Below are positions 37,757 through 50,948 of a DNA stretch of 64,000 nt, piece by piece. Position 1 is the first letter of the stretch. Each line of letters begins with the position of its first letter. The DNA is from Tubiluchus corallicola (Eukaryota > Animalia > Priapulida): contig JAQGDQ010000442.1 of the NCBI GenBank assembly GCA_030141605.1, forward strand, positions 1 to 64,000, given 5' to 3'. The translations under genes were made by a program, and so were the position numbers. The notes beneath the pieces were generated by a model that was not told the DNA's origin, searched no databases, and saw only the letters and a list, made by a program, of their open reading frames with translations.

Positions 37757-40700
37757 TCTCTTTGTTTTCTCTCTTTCTCACACACACACACACTCACTCT
37801 CTTTCTCTCTCTCACATTCTCTGTCTTTCTATTTCTGTTCCTTTCTTTTTCTCTCTCACTCACTCTCTTTCTTTTTGGTTTTTTCTTTTCACTTTCATTG
37901 TTTCAGGTAGAAAACAGGGTCACAGAGAAGTAAAAGACCTGTACTTGCGGGAGCTCTGTGAAGTCATAGACAAGCATGCTGATGGAGTTCTTCTTTCAAA
38001 CCTAAGTGAGATTTTTGAAGTAGGTTCATCTAATAATATGTCTGTTATCACTACTTGCAGCTTTAGTTGTTGTCATGAGGTGCAGAATGTTCCGTAATTG
38101 AACGTTCCATAAGTGCAACAAAAATTATTGAAGAGCAATTGCTAATCCGAGGAGAAAACTTAGCATGATTAACTGTGTGGGTTTTTTTGCTACTGTCCAG
38201 TCACAAAGTTTTATTGACTTGTAGGTGATTAACTGTATTGTGTCATATTTCTGTCCAGTCACAATGCTTAATCAGCTTTGTGTGATTAACTGTATAGGGT
38301 CATACTGCTGTCCAGTCACAATGCTTAATCAGCTTTGTGTGATTAACTGTATAGGGTCATACTGCTGTCCAGTCACAATGCTTAATCAGCTTCATGTGAT
38401 TAACTGTATAGGGTCATACTGCTGTCCACTCACAATGCTTAATCAGCTTCATGTGATTAACTGTATAGGGTCATACTGCTGTCCACTCACAATGCTTAAT
38501 CAGCTTCATGTGATTAACTGTATAGGGTTATACTGCTGTCCACTCACAATGCTTAATCAGCTTCATGTGATTAACTGTATAGGGTCATACTACTGTCCAG
38601 TCACAATGCTTAATCAGCTTCATGTGATTAACTGTATAGGGTCATACTACTGTCCAGTCACAATGCTTAATCAGCTTCATGTGATAAACTGTATAGGGTC
38701 ATACTACTGTCCAGTCACAATGCTTAATCAGCTTTGTGTGATTAACTGTATACGGTCATACTGCTGTCCAGTCACAATGCTTAACCAGCTTTGTGTGATT
38801 AACTGTATACGGTCATACTGCTGTCCAGTCACAATGCTTAATCAGCTTTGTGTGATTAACTGTATAGGGTCATACTGCTTTCCAGTCACAATGCGTAATC
38901 AGCTTTGTGTGATTAACTGTATAGGGTCATACTGCTGTCCACTCACAATGCTTAATCAGCTTCATGTGATTAACTGTGTAGGATCATACTACTGTCCATT
39001 CACAATGATTAATCAGCTTTGTGTGATTAACTGTAGAGGATCATACTACTGTCCAATCGCAATGGTTAATTATCCTCACTATTTTCACTATTGTGGTTGT
39101 GTTCTTTGCCATTATTGTAAAACTAAGTTTAGCCAAACGTTGATTTTTTATAGTTATTTGCAGAAAGTTCATTTAGTTTGTCTATGCTGACATCATGTGT
39201 CTGTTGTTCATGTCACGTGTGTGAAAAACTTACAGAAAGTTTTCCAGTGATTTATTTGATTGAAAAATGTACAAAAGTTTTTGCAGGGCGATGAGTATAC
39301 ATTTTTTGAACAGTGTCTAAACAAGTTTCTTGCACTGTGTTACTGATGTACAGTATAGACTATCATCCATTAGCATTTGGAAAATACTAGACGAAAGCCG
39401 TGTTAAAGAGTAAAGAAGCGGTGTTGAGATGTAAAGAATTTTTCTGAGTGAACAATTTTTGTAGTTAGCTCAGACTAATCCTGAGGACCTAGATATAAAT
39501 GGAATTGAGTTTTTAGCAACAAATGGCTGTTCTTCTAGAAAAACTTGTCACATTTTGAAAAATGTTTTGATCATTTGATAGCTGTAGTTGAACATGTGCC
39601 TTATGCTGATGAACAGCTTCACATCCAGAGTGAAAACGTGAAAATGTCTGTGTTGATGTTGAAGAACTTATAGATTTATGTTGTTGTTGTTGGCATCCTT
39701 CTGTCTCGGAAGACACAATGGAGTGTGCGCCAAGAGCGTCAGTTACTGATCATATTGATGGAGCTGCAGCATTGACTGTGGCTGAGCAGTCCGATCCTTG
39801 AACCACTGGAGTGGCCTCTCCAGGGTGCACGCCTGGGCAAGGTGTATGGAGATCCTGAGTTGCCCAGACAACAGGAACCCCCTCTCTTCCTCGCTGGTGT
39901 AGTCCAAATGAAAGCGGGGCGATACGTTTAGCACCAGGTTGGTTGATTGTGCAGTTCCTCCGTGTAGTGTCGAGATACAGTGTGGGCATCCCGCAGGCCT
40001 ACAGCACCTGGTATTCCTAGGCGGTCACCCATCCAAGTACTAACCAGGCTCCACGTTGCAAACTTCGGTGATCAGACGAGAACCGGTGTTTTCAACGTGA
40101 TATGGCCGTAGATAGATTTATGTACAAAAGTGAAATCTATTTAGTAAAATTAATTGTTATCCGTTTTGCTTTAGAATGAAACTGGTAAAGAAATTTATCC
40201 ATCTCTTTTTGGGTACAGTAGTTTTGATGAGCTGGCAGACAAACTGCACGGGAAAGCTTTTTGCAAGTATACAGTTGAAGGTGAAAAGAAATTTTCTGAT
40301 GTTCTTCATTTATAACTTCTTTTTCTTCGAGGCATAAAGCTTTAGCCTTTTGTAACAAGGTTCAGTAAATAATTGTATGTTTACGGTGTGTGCTGAACTA
40401 GTAAACTTAAAGAAACACCAGACGATTGTTTGGACATTAGTTCAAGATAAAGAATGCTCTGAAATACTGAAAACTACAACAGCTTTTTTTAAATGAAAGC
40501 TTAGATTAAATAATAAATTCGGATAGTTGAATTTTGTTGAACTTTCAAAACTACGCTTGGCTCAGTGAAACCACTGAGATTGGCAGTGGCGCCTTTTTCT
40601 CACATTCCTGTGGCCGGCAAATAGGCGCGGTACCGTGATAGGCATGATCGTGAATATAGTGTTTGTCCGTGACATTAGTGTGACGTAAAGCTCATTTTCA

Positions 40701-43700
40701 TCTCCATCTGCACCTGCATCTGCATCTTATAGCAATCTTCGCTTAGAAAAACCTGCTTGACGTGCTGGGAAAATGCCTGCCATTACACAAACTATGATTA
40801 GTTTCCAACGTAAGCAATAGCTGTGTTCGGTTGCTGTTAATTAACTTTCCAAGGTAATTATTCAAATGTAAGAAAACGCTTGCAAATTTTTATGGGCAAG
40901 AAAACGTATATTTGATACGGTAAATTAAAATGAGATTGAATCTAATCAATCATCCGATTTTACTTTAACAGTCTATCATGGTGAGAAGAAGTTGTGTTCG
41001 ATGTGTATTATACAATATACATGGCCATTTTGGCTTTGCAATTTTGGATGCTTTCATCTTGTTATTCACTGATTACAACAATGCTTTATGTTTAGGGTAT
41101 GTAAAGTTGTACCCATTGACGCAAGGACTGAATCTGGATGGGCCTATGTCTGTTGAGGTAAATTGTTGTTTGAATTTTCACTCTACAGTTGTTATGTATT
41201 GTTGTGTTGTGAAAACCAGAAAACATGTCACCAAATTAAACTAGTTTATTAAGCAAGAATTCTACAACACAAAAGTATGAAGGAACACAAAATGATTACA
41301 CTAAACGTGAAAATCTGGAAAACATTTGAGTGTATCTGAAAATGTAAGTATACAAGAGAATGTGTAAGTGGCGTCCGTGTGAGATCTGCGTGCTCTATGT
41401 GCCCGTGTCAGCGGCCTGCTTCGCCTTATATAGCGCGCCCAAGAAGCTTCCAGAAGTTATGTTCCAGAACATTCCACAAGGTTAGACGATTATTCCAACG
41501 GAACATTCTACAATGTTCTATGTAATTCTAATAGATGCCAGCGATCTCCACAACAACAGACAGTCAGTGAGATTGTCAAAGTCACTTTTGAAGTCGTTCT
41601 TGAGTCACTTTGATTTGCTTAAGTTTAGACACGCTGAGAAAACTATGGATAAGAACCGAACAGCTACAGTAAATCTTTGCATTTCACACAACAGTAAAGT
41701 CTTTAATTTGCTACAGAAACGTGAGTAGAAAAACTGTTGCATTGAACATCTAGCAAAACTTGAATCAAAAACATTGAATCAGTTAAATCAGTTATTGATC
41801 ACATTGATGGAGCTGCAGCATCGACTGTGGCTGAGCAATCTGATCCTTGAACCACTGGAGTGGCCTTTCCAGGGCACACGCCTAGGTAAGGTGTATGGAG
41901 ATCCTGAGTTACCCAGACAACAGAAACCCCCTCTCTTCCTCGCTGGTGTAGTCCAAAGGAAAGCGAAGATACGTTTGGCACCAGGTTGGCTGCAGGAGCT
42001 GCCGGAGTTAGTAAGCATGCTGCACTGGTCCGCCTTCGGGGCTCCACACCCGATTTGCAAGGTTTACTCCTCTACACATGCTCTCTGCCAAGTGTCGAGA
42101 TACAGTGTGGGCATCCTGCAGGCATACAGCACCTGGTATTCCTAGGCGGTCACCAATCCAAGTACTAACCAGGCTCTATGTTGCTTAACTTGGGTGATCA
42201 GACGAGAACTGGTGTTTTCAACGTGATATGGCCCTAGTATTATATAGATATATACAAATATATTACTGTGTAAGTTTGTGGTGCCACCTGTTTTAAACTA
42301 GTGAACTTCCATCATGAAACAATTTCTGGCAGTCACAAAAATGGTCTAAAGTGCAGTAAAATGTATTGATGGCTAAGGCTCCTCCGTGAGACGCCCTAAC
42401 TGCTTTTTCATTGGGATCATCATTTTTCTGGATCTGCCCTTCTATACATTTCACTTATTTGTATTTATAAAACTACAAATGCAACAGTAACAAATAAAAA
42501 TCTCTGTATAATCTCCTACTAAATGACTTAACACCCAAATGTAATTGTTCATTGATTTGACCAGCATATTTCAGCGCATCGTCGTATTTCTGCCGCACCG
42601 TTTGTTCAGGAACACCCTGTACAAGAAATGTTTTTATTTGCCCGTGAAAGCAAATATTAAGTAGTACGAGGTTTTACTGAAAATGGAGAATTGTGTCGTA
42701 CACAAATTACACAGTATGCAATCGTAATGCAATTGCTTTCAGGCTATTAGTTCCCAAATCCAATAGTTCCATTGAAGTGGTGAGCGATAACTTGCCTTGT
42801 TTGGCATGATTTGTCTGAAAACTCGTTTTGCCTGCTTTGAAATTTTGTGCTTGCAAAATTCCTTTTATTTAAATAGATGGATGCATTCTCCCTGCCAGGA
42901 GGCACGAGTTTTCCAGATGATGTTGTCAGCGACTGCTTGTACACACTCCGCTCTTATCCTTCCACTATGTTTCCGTGCCAAATCATCCACGTGGAACATC
43001 CGGGGTATTTCCACTTTCGTTTGTTGGCGGATGAGGTGCTGCAGAATGAAATTGTGAATGAGATGAAGTGAGTTTTTGTTAAAATACTTCTTTTTTTAAA
43101 GATACTAATCTTTCCAGATAGATGGTGCTGCAATCAGTTCTATAGAGATTGTGTTACAATTTTCAATCTCTCCAGATAGATGGTGTTGCAGTCAGTTATA
43201 TAAAGATTGTACTGTATTATGATTTTCAACCTTTCCAGATAGATGGTGCTGTAATCAGTTTTATAGAGATTGCACAATATAAATTTCAATCTTTCCGGAT
43301 AGAAGGTGCTGTAATCAGTTCTATAGAGATTGTACAAAATTATAATTTTCAATCTTTCCAGATAGATGGTGCTGTAATCAGTTCTATGGAGATTGTACAA
43401 AATTATAATTTTCAATCTCTCCAGATAGAAGTGCTGTAATCAGTTCTATGGAGATTGTACAGAATTATAATTTTCAATCTTTCCACATAGAAGGTGCTGT
43501 AATCAGTTCTATAGAGATTGTTCAAAATTATAATTTTCAATCTTTCCACATAGAAGGTGCTGTAATCAGTTCTATAGAGATTGTTCAAAATTATAATTTT
43601 CAATATTTTCAGATAGATGGTACTGTAATCAGTTCTTTAGATATTGTACAATATTATGATTTTCAATGTGATAACCGTTATGAGAAAATATTGGAAACTT

Positions 43701-46700
43701 GTGCATTTTTTTTAGTTTTTGTGATACTGAGTTATTTTTAAGATTCGCTTATAGCTCTGCACTGTTGGTGTGTTCTGTATATTGTAGCTTTCAGTCGGAA
43801 TGCAAAGTGTGAAGTTGTAAACTAACAAAATTGGCTTTACACTTGCAGTTTTGAGAAAGAATGGTTTTTGTTCATTATGCCAAATACTTTGGTAGAGAAA
43901 ATAATTTATTTGCTATCCCTAAACATAGTACTGTGACAAAAAAGTTATTGTTCACATTTTATGCAAAATCTTAGAGGCAGCATAGCTCGCTGTCTCTGTC
44001 CTTCATTGACACCTGCAGCGGCATGCAGAAGGAGGGGGAGAGTACGATAGCCCTGGCATCCATTTCGGGAGGCCTCCAATCAAAGAGCGAAATAAAAATT
44101 TAGTTTTTAAAATTTTAAATTGGCTGTGTTAACTTTGTTGTACAAGCACCCTACAGTCCCACAAGCTGGTGTGAATGCGGATCCATGTTTTGATAAATGA
44201 GAACGGAATAGAAAATCTGTTACATCTTAAGTACTGTGAACACTTTTTGTTGCACTGCCCATGTATCAACAAACTAGTGTTGTTATGTTTGATAAACTAA
44301 ATGAAATGCTTCTGCATGAAAACCTTAATATAGCTGCCTTGGGAACTGATGATCTGTTGAAGTTGTTATTATTCGGAAAAGATAAATTTAACTATGTTGC
44401 TAACAGTAAAATATTCCAATGCATACATGACTTTATATGACGTACTAAACGCTTCCAGTAGTTTCTGTCTGATATGAAATGCATCAGTCTTAAATATTCG
44501 TACATTAATATTTTCTAACCGTCATTTTCTACTAATGTCTAATGTAATCTTGTAGTAAAATTTGTCAGCTTGTGTAGTTATAGTCTATTCTTACTGTACA
44601 TGTTTTTGTAAATAGTGTGTAAAGTCTGTTGAGGTGAGGATCCTAAATCATGTTGTTCAAACTGTCTGATCCAATCCTATAATACGTAAACTAAGTACTG
44701 TGCATAATTGCGATTAAGACAGTATAGAGTAGTGCAGGTAGATTAAGATAATGTGTGTGGATGTGCCCAGTCCAGGCAAATAAATGGCAAAAATCAGTAT
44801 TGAACTGCGCGATAGACCTGCAATTTATTAAAATAAAAGAACACAAAAAGTGCTTAAGAACGTGCAAAAGGTTATTACTATTTAGACAAAATGAAAAATT
44901 AGATATAAGAAGACTGAAACACAAATTATTACTTTATGATTCTGGAGATTTGAAGCAATTCTAACCAATTAAAACTATTAACTAATTATCAATCAATCAA
45001 TCAATCAATTTATTTCAGTTAAATTAACCAAATAAAAGAGTTGCTGTATGACACCTTGAAAGCTTGGCTTGTTAAGGTGGCACAAATGAGTGAATGAAAG
45101 AATGGTTAGGGTTAGTAGATGGTGACTTACTTATTAAAGTAGATGTTGACTTACATTTACTGGTGACAACTTTGGCTCGAAAATACAACTAGTGACTGTT
45201 AAATTGTAACAAAATAGACAAAGCAATGCAAGTATCACCAAACAGCATGATCAGCATAGCGGCAACAGAAAATGTAACTACGTGTAAAAACAAGTGTGAT
45301 TGATAGGTGGCGTATACTACTAAAGCTTAAAGTCACATGACTAAGGCTGGCTTCGTTTTAAACACTTTCGGGAAATGCATGTTTGCAAAAATACAAAGAA
45401 AAAAACAAATAATTATAAAATGCTAGATTAAATTGCTTGACACCAACAATGTGTGTTTCATACAAATTAGTGCTTACCATCGCATTACCACTACGTACCA
45501 GTACTGCTTACCAAAGGTCATTTTCAAAACTGAAATTAATAAAAACTCATCTGAGGTCTTCCATGTCACAAGAGCGACTGACCGACCTATAATTAGCATT
45601 GAAAAAGAATTCCTCACACCTGATGTAAATGAAATAGTTCAAGTGTTTTCTGACAAGAGATATCATTGAACCGAACTTAAAGAAATGCGGCCGATTTATA
45701 TTTAACTTAAAAATGTATCTATTTTATGTTTCTTCTGTTTTACATATTTCAACTGTCTTCCTTTCTTACATTTTGTCAGTCCTATAGGCCCCTTACTTGA
45801 GTCTTAGGGACGGACATTGAAGAAGTTGGGCCCGGGGTGTCACCAAACCTCTGCACGCCACTGGACATCTGAACTGTTTTTTATGCTTCAGCGCTGCTTT
45901 AAGTGTTAACTAAAGTATTACCAAGTCTAATAATTTAATATCAACACCACATTATTTCTCCAAATACAAACACATACAGATATGATTAAACAAATAAAAT
46001 AAACATTATTTTATGTATATTTAGGTCTTACAAAGTCTCGAGTTCGATTCAGTGTGCATTTGTAGTTTTGCATGTAATAAATGTATACAGTGTTCCCTCG
46101 CTACTTCGCGGATCGTTTATCGCGGACTCGCTGTTTCGCGGGTTTTTGCGGTACTCCGTCTAAAGTATTTTTGCACATGCGTAGTACGTATTGTACAGTA
46201 ATGTATAGATTTGATGAATTTTGCATAAAAAACCACAAAATGTATAAAAATATATTAAATTCTAACATTAAAAGAATATTATAAATCATAAAAATTACCA
46301 ATTACAGTAAATAGTGTATTTATTCGGGGGGGGGGGGGGTGAATACACACCAAAAACGTTAGCATGCGATTGTTGCATGTGCGTAGTTTCATCTGCGATG
46401 TTGTGTACGCTATTTGTGAAATTTTCGTTAGAAATTTCTGTTTAAAACATTTTTATGAACATTTAAATTTAAGTAAAGTTTTTTTTAAAGAGACATGTAC
46501 AGTATGGAAAAAGTTATTAAGGGAATGGAAAAGGGTTATGTACAAGAATGCGGGAAGGGTTTATAAAGACTTAAAATAAAGTATAACTACTAAAATAAGT
46601 ATAGCGTCCCTACTTTGCGGAAATTCACTTATCGCAGGTGGGCCTGGAACGGAACACCCGCGATGAGTGAGGGAACATTGTACAACTCTTTGCTATTTGA

Positions 46701-47355
46701 AGTTGGAAAATGCCTCTAACTTAATTACTTTTAAAACTTGACTTCACAGCCATCTCTACCAAAACTCGTAATGTTTCTTTTTTATAATTTTATATTTTCT
46801 CTTAATAATTATTTTCATAGGTACTAATTATTATTTACATAGGTACGTAAAGTTTAGTACTAATGTTTACACTTACATAATTGTGCTGTATGATAAGCTG
46901 CACTATGTTGTCCCCCTTCATATGGGGCACGACTTTGGGTAATTTATAAATTATTGTATTTTGTCATAGTTTTTGGTTATCAGTCGAGCTACAATTGCCC
47001 AAAAATAAATAAAAAATACTATGCATTTTTACACTAAAGAAGTAAATTAAAAAACTAGTTTAGATGTGTGGTGAAGGTTTGACCTGGCATGTTTAGAGTA
47101 GAAATAAGAAAATACCTTGAAGATATGTTTCCTTTGAGAAAAAAGTTTCAGTACAAAACCGAAACATACAAGACTGTCCAGGAAAAATCAATAATGTATA
47201 GCAACACGACGATTGCCGAAAACACTTGATTTTATTGTAGATGAATGGTTGATTTTTAACTTTTTAGCTTTATGTAAAAAGTATGTCCTGAATTCAATTA
47301 CTTTCGCATTTTTGACGCAAAAGTATTGTACAGTATTGTACACTCACGCACAGAC

Positions 47356-47394
<39 letters not shown>

Positions 47395-50300
47395 CATACA
47401 CACGTGCAAACCATCATAAATAAGCATGTACCTTTATTTAGAAACCAGTTTTCACAAAAGACAATACTAATGCCTCATACTAATACTAATGTACTTTTAC
47501 TTTTATGTCGAAAACAAGAACAAGTAATTAAAATATGCGTATAATTATTGATGAATATGATGAATATCACATTTTTAAAATTATGATAAATGACGTTGAA
47601 GCAAGAGTAATTAGTACACGTTTAGTAATAAAGTTTACTGGTCTATTATAAGAGATCTGCATTTTAGTAAATGAGAAAAGAAGTTACAATATGACCAAAT
47701 TACGACATGATGTAACCTTTTATAACGTCTGTTAATTTCCAGTAATATTTACTACGGGCAACATTCAATGGAATATATGATGCCAGACGCCATGTTTGTT
47801 ATTGGTCAACCGTGTGCAGCCAGGAATGAGGGTGGTGACTGGAGGAGAGCCAAGGTCACGGGCGTGGCAGGTTTAGACTTCGTAGAGGTAGGGGCATTTT
47901 CTTCGTTAACCCTTTCACTACGTAGTTGCTTTTTTACTGGCCCACATAGACTTTTGAACATTTGACAATAACTTCTTGTGGTGTGTAATAATATCAAATA
48001 TTAGTTTTATTTCTATACATATACACACACTTAGGAACACACATACATGCCTGCACTCGCGTGCACACACGCACGCATGCACACACACACACACACACAC
48101 ACACGTACATACACATGTGCAAACCGTCATTAATAAGCATGTACTTATATTTAGAAACCAGTTTTCACAAAAGACACAATACTAATCCTTAATACGCCAT
48201 CATTTTATAAGAATGCAGAACAATTAACTAAACATATGTTTCATCAACGATCTACAAGTGATTTTGCGTGGGAACGTACCATACAGGGCAGTATTGTGGA
48301 ATGCACCTGGTTTCAGATGCTGATTGGCTGGTTAGTGTTACTTGTTGCGAAGCAACCCCAATGCCACGTCTGTTAAACTCTTCTACAATGTTTAGCATGG
48401 CTGTAGCAGTGAAATAAACAGACCTGGGTGACTGTGTTTAGTACTGAGTTTGGGCGGCAGTCTACAGACCTTCCTTGAAATCCCTTGCATGAAAATTATA
48501 GGCGGCAGTGTGCCGTCTTCCGTAGTGAAAGGGTTAATACAGAATGGATCCTATTAGTGTGTAAAATTTCTGTGTCTAGTAACTTTATAAAAATTTGTAA
48601 TTCTCTGTTTTGGTACTTGAAAGCTTGGGGGGGCAGGGGGTGCAGCAATTACCAGCATTGATTCAGAGTAGATCCAGATTCTGATGCTATACGTGAAAGC
48701 ATTGATATGTGATGCATACGTCTGAGGACAACACTATGCGATATTGCAACTGATATGTCCTTGGTGACTGGTACATTTAACCGGTTAAAATTATTATGTT
48801 TTCTACGAAGCACAGTAGCTGCTGTGGCAGCACCGTTAGTCGTCTAACTCGCTTGATAAAACTGTCGGTCGGGAGCCTAAGATGTTCCATATTGCAACTT
48901 TCAATTCAAAATGTGCTTGTAGGTTAAGTCTAAAAGGTTTTAGCATATAAACATTTAATAAATGATTTTTTGATTTAGGAAATTATGAGAAATCTCGTAC
49001 TGATTTTTGTAAATATTTGACTGTTGTTACTGATGACTTGAAAGATTTTTTTTAATTTGAGCTGGCATTGAGTGTGTGACTACTAGAGTAAAACATGTGC
49101 CGGTGATTACTATCTTGTGTTTCTGTATGCCGTTTACTAGTCCTGGATGCCTGATACCCACCAAGAAAAAGTGGATTGAAATTTTCGTTATTTTTTTTCA
49201 GGTGTTTTTCGTCGACTTTGGTGATTACAGCCGCGTAGCTTCGTCGGACTGCCGTTTGCTAAAGTAGGTACCAGACCAGCAGTTTATTTTTTAACTACAA
49301 AATTGTAAAGTTAGAAATATTATAATTAGTCGTGATTAGAGCAGTGGCAGCTCGTAGCTAAAATATGAAATGTTGGAATTTGTAATTGTAATTTTAAACA
49401 AACAAACATAAGAGCGTTTCTGCATAAACTCGATAAAATCCTAAACCAAAAAAAAATATTTTTTGCTTACTATTAGCCTAAATCGTCGCAGTTCAAGCTA
49501 GATTCATTCACGGTAAGCACGTGACAACTGACAACAAACTGTGTGAGCGACAGTACTTACTCTACCTGGGTTGAGACATGTGCGCATGCGCACAGCAGCC
49601 AAGCACTGCATTGTTGGAGCGTACTGTTTTGCACTGTGAAGCAAACAGTACTACCTCATGTGCTTTGTTTCCGTATAAAATATAAAGAACTGCAGAAAAA
49701 AGACTTATTATCGATAATATTATTGAATCTTATTGATAATATTGAGTGAAAATTGGGGTCGCTGCAGTTCCACAGTACCTATACATGAGCCGCCGCTCAA
49801 TTAGATATTATAATTATTGTAATGCAGTTTATTTAATGAAGAAATTTGTATAAGATAAGATAAGATAAGATAAGGTAAGCTAAGATAAGATAAGATAAGA
49901 TAAGATAAGATAAGCTAAGCTAAGCTAAGCTAAGATAAGATAAGATAAGATAAGATAAGATAAGATAAGATAAGATAAGATAAGATAAGATAAGATAAGA
50001 TAAGATAAGATAAGATAAGATAAGATAAGATAAGGTAAGCTGAGGTGAGGTGAGGTGAGGTGAGGTGAGGTGAGGTGAGGTGAGGTGAGGTGAGGTGAGG
50101 TGAGGTGAGGTGAGGTGAGGTGAGGTGAGGTGAGATGAGATGAGATGAGATGAGATGAGATGAGATGAGATGAGATGAGATGAGATGAGATGAGATGAGA
50201 TGAGATGAGATGAGATGAGATAAGATAAGATAAGATATGAATTTATTTTTTATATATGTACATTTTAAATAGTTTTAAAAGCTATTATTTCCACAATGGT

Positions 50301-50882
50301 CCATGATTGTTGGTAAATAAAAAGATGAATATGTTAGATAACTATATTATTGACAATCAATAAAACATGTACACACTTGTTTACTATAAAATATTTAGTT
50401 CCATATAGAGTCTTATTTTACGATATAGTCTTATTTTAAGTTAAATTAATATTGTTAAGACTCTTCAGTTTACTTAAAAAGTTACAAATAAAATAAACAA
50501 TTTTATACGTGCATAAAATTAATATTTACACATAATATTTACATGATTACATACAAATAAAATATACGATTATGTAGGCATATAAAGTCAATATTATACA
50601 TATTCGTGTAAATGATATACAGTCTAAATGTGAAAAATATATTTGCGTTTGAGCTGATTTTTTTTAACCAAAATTTTTTAATTTTTAACCAAACATTTAG
50701 TTAGTTTTCGTTACCGTTAGATAATCAAATTTTAAACGTTTCTCTTTTCAATGGTTGCTGTCCAATTGAATCGGAGACTTTCTGTTCTTATTAGGAGCTG
50801 TTTTATGAAGCCACCAACCTTAGCACTTCAAGGCATGTTAGCAGCTGTTGCACCAATTGATGGGGTGAGTAAATTCATAATA

Positions 50883-50948
<66 letters not shown>

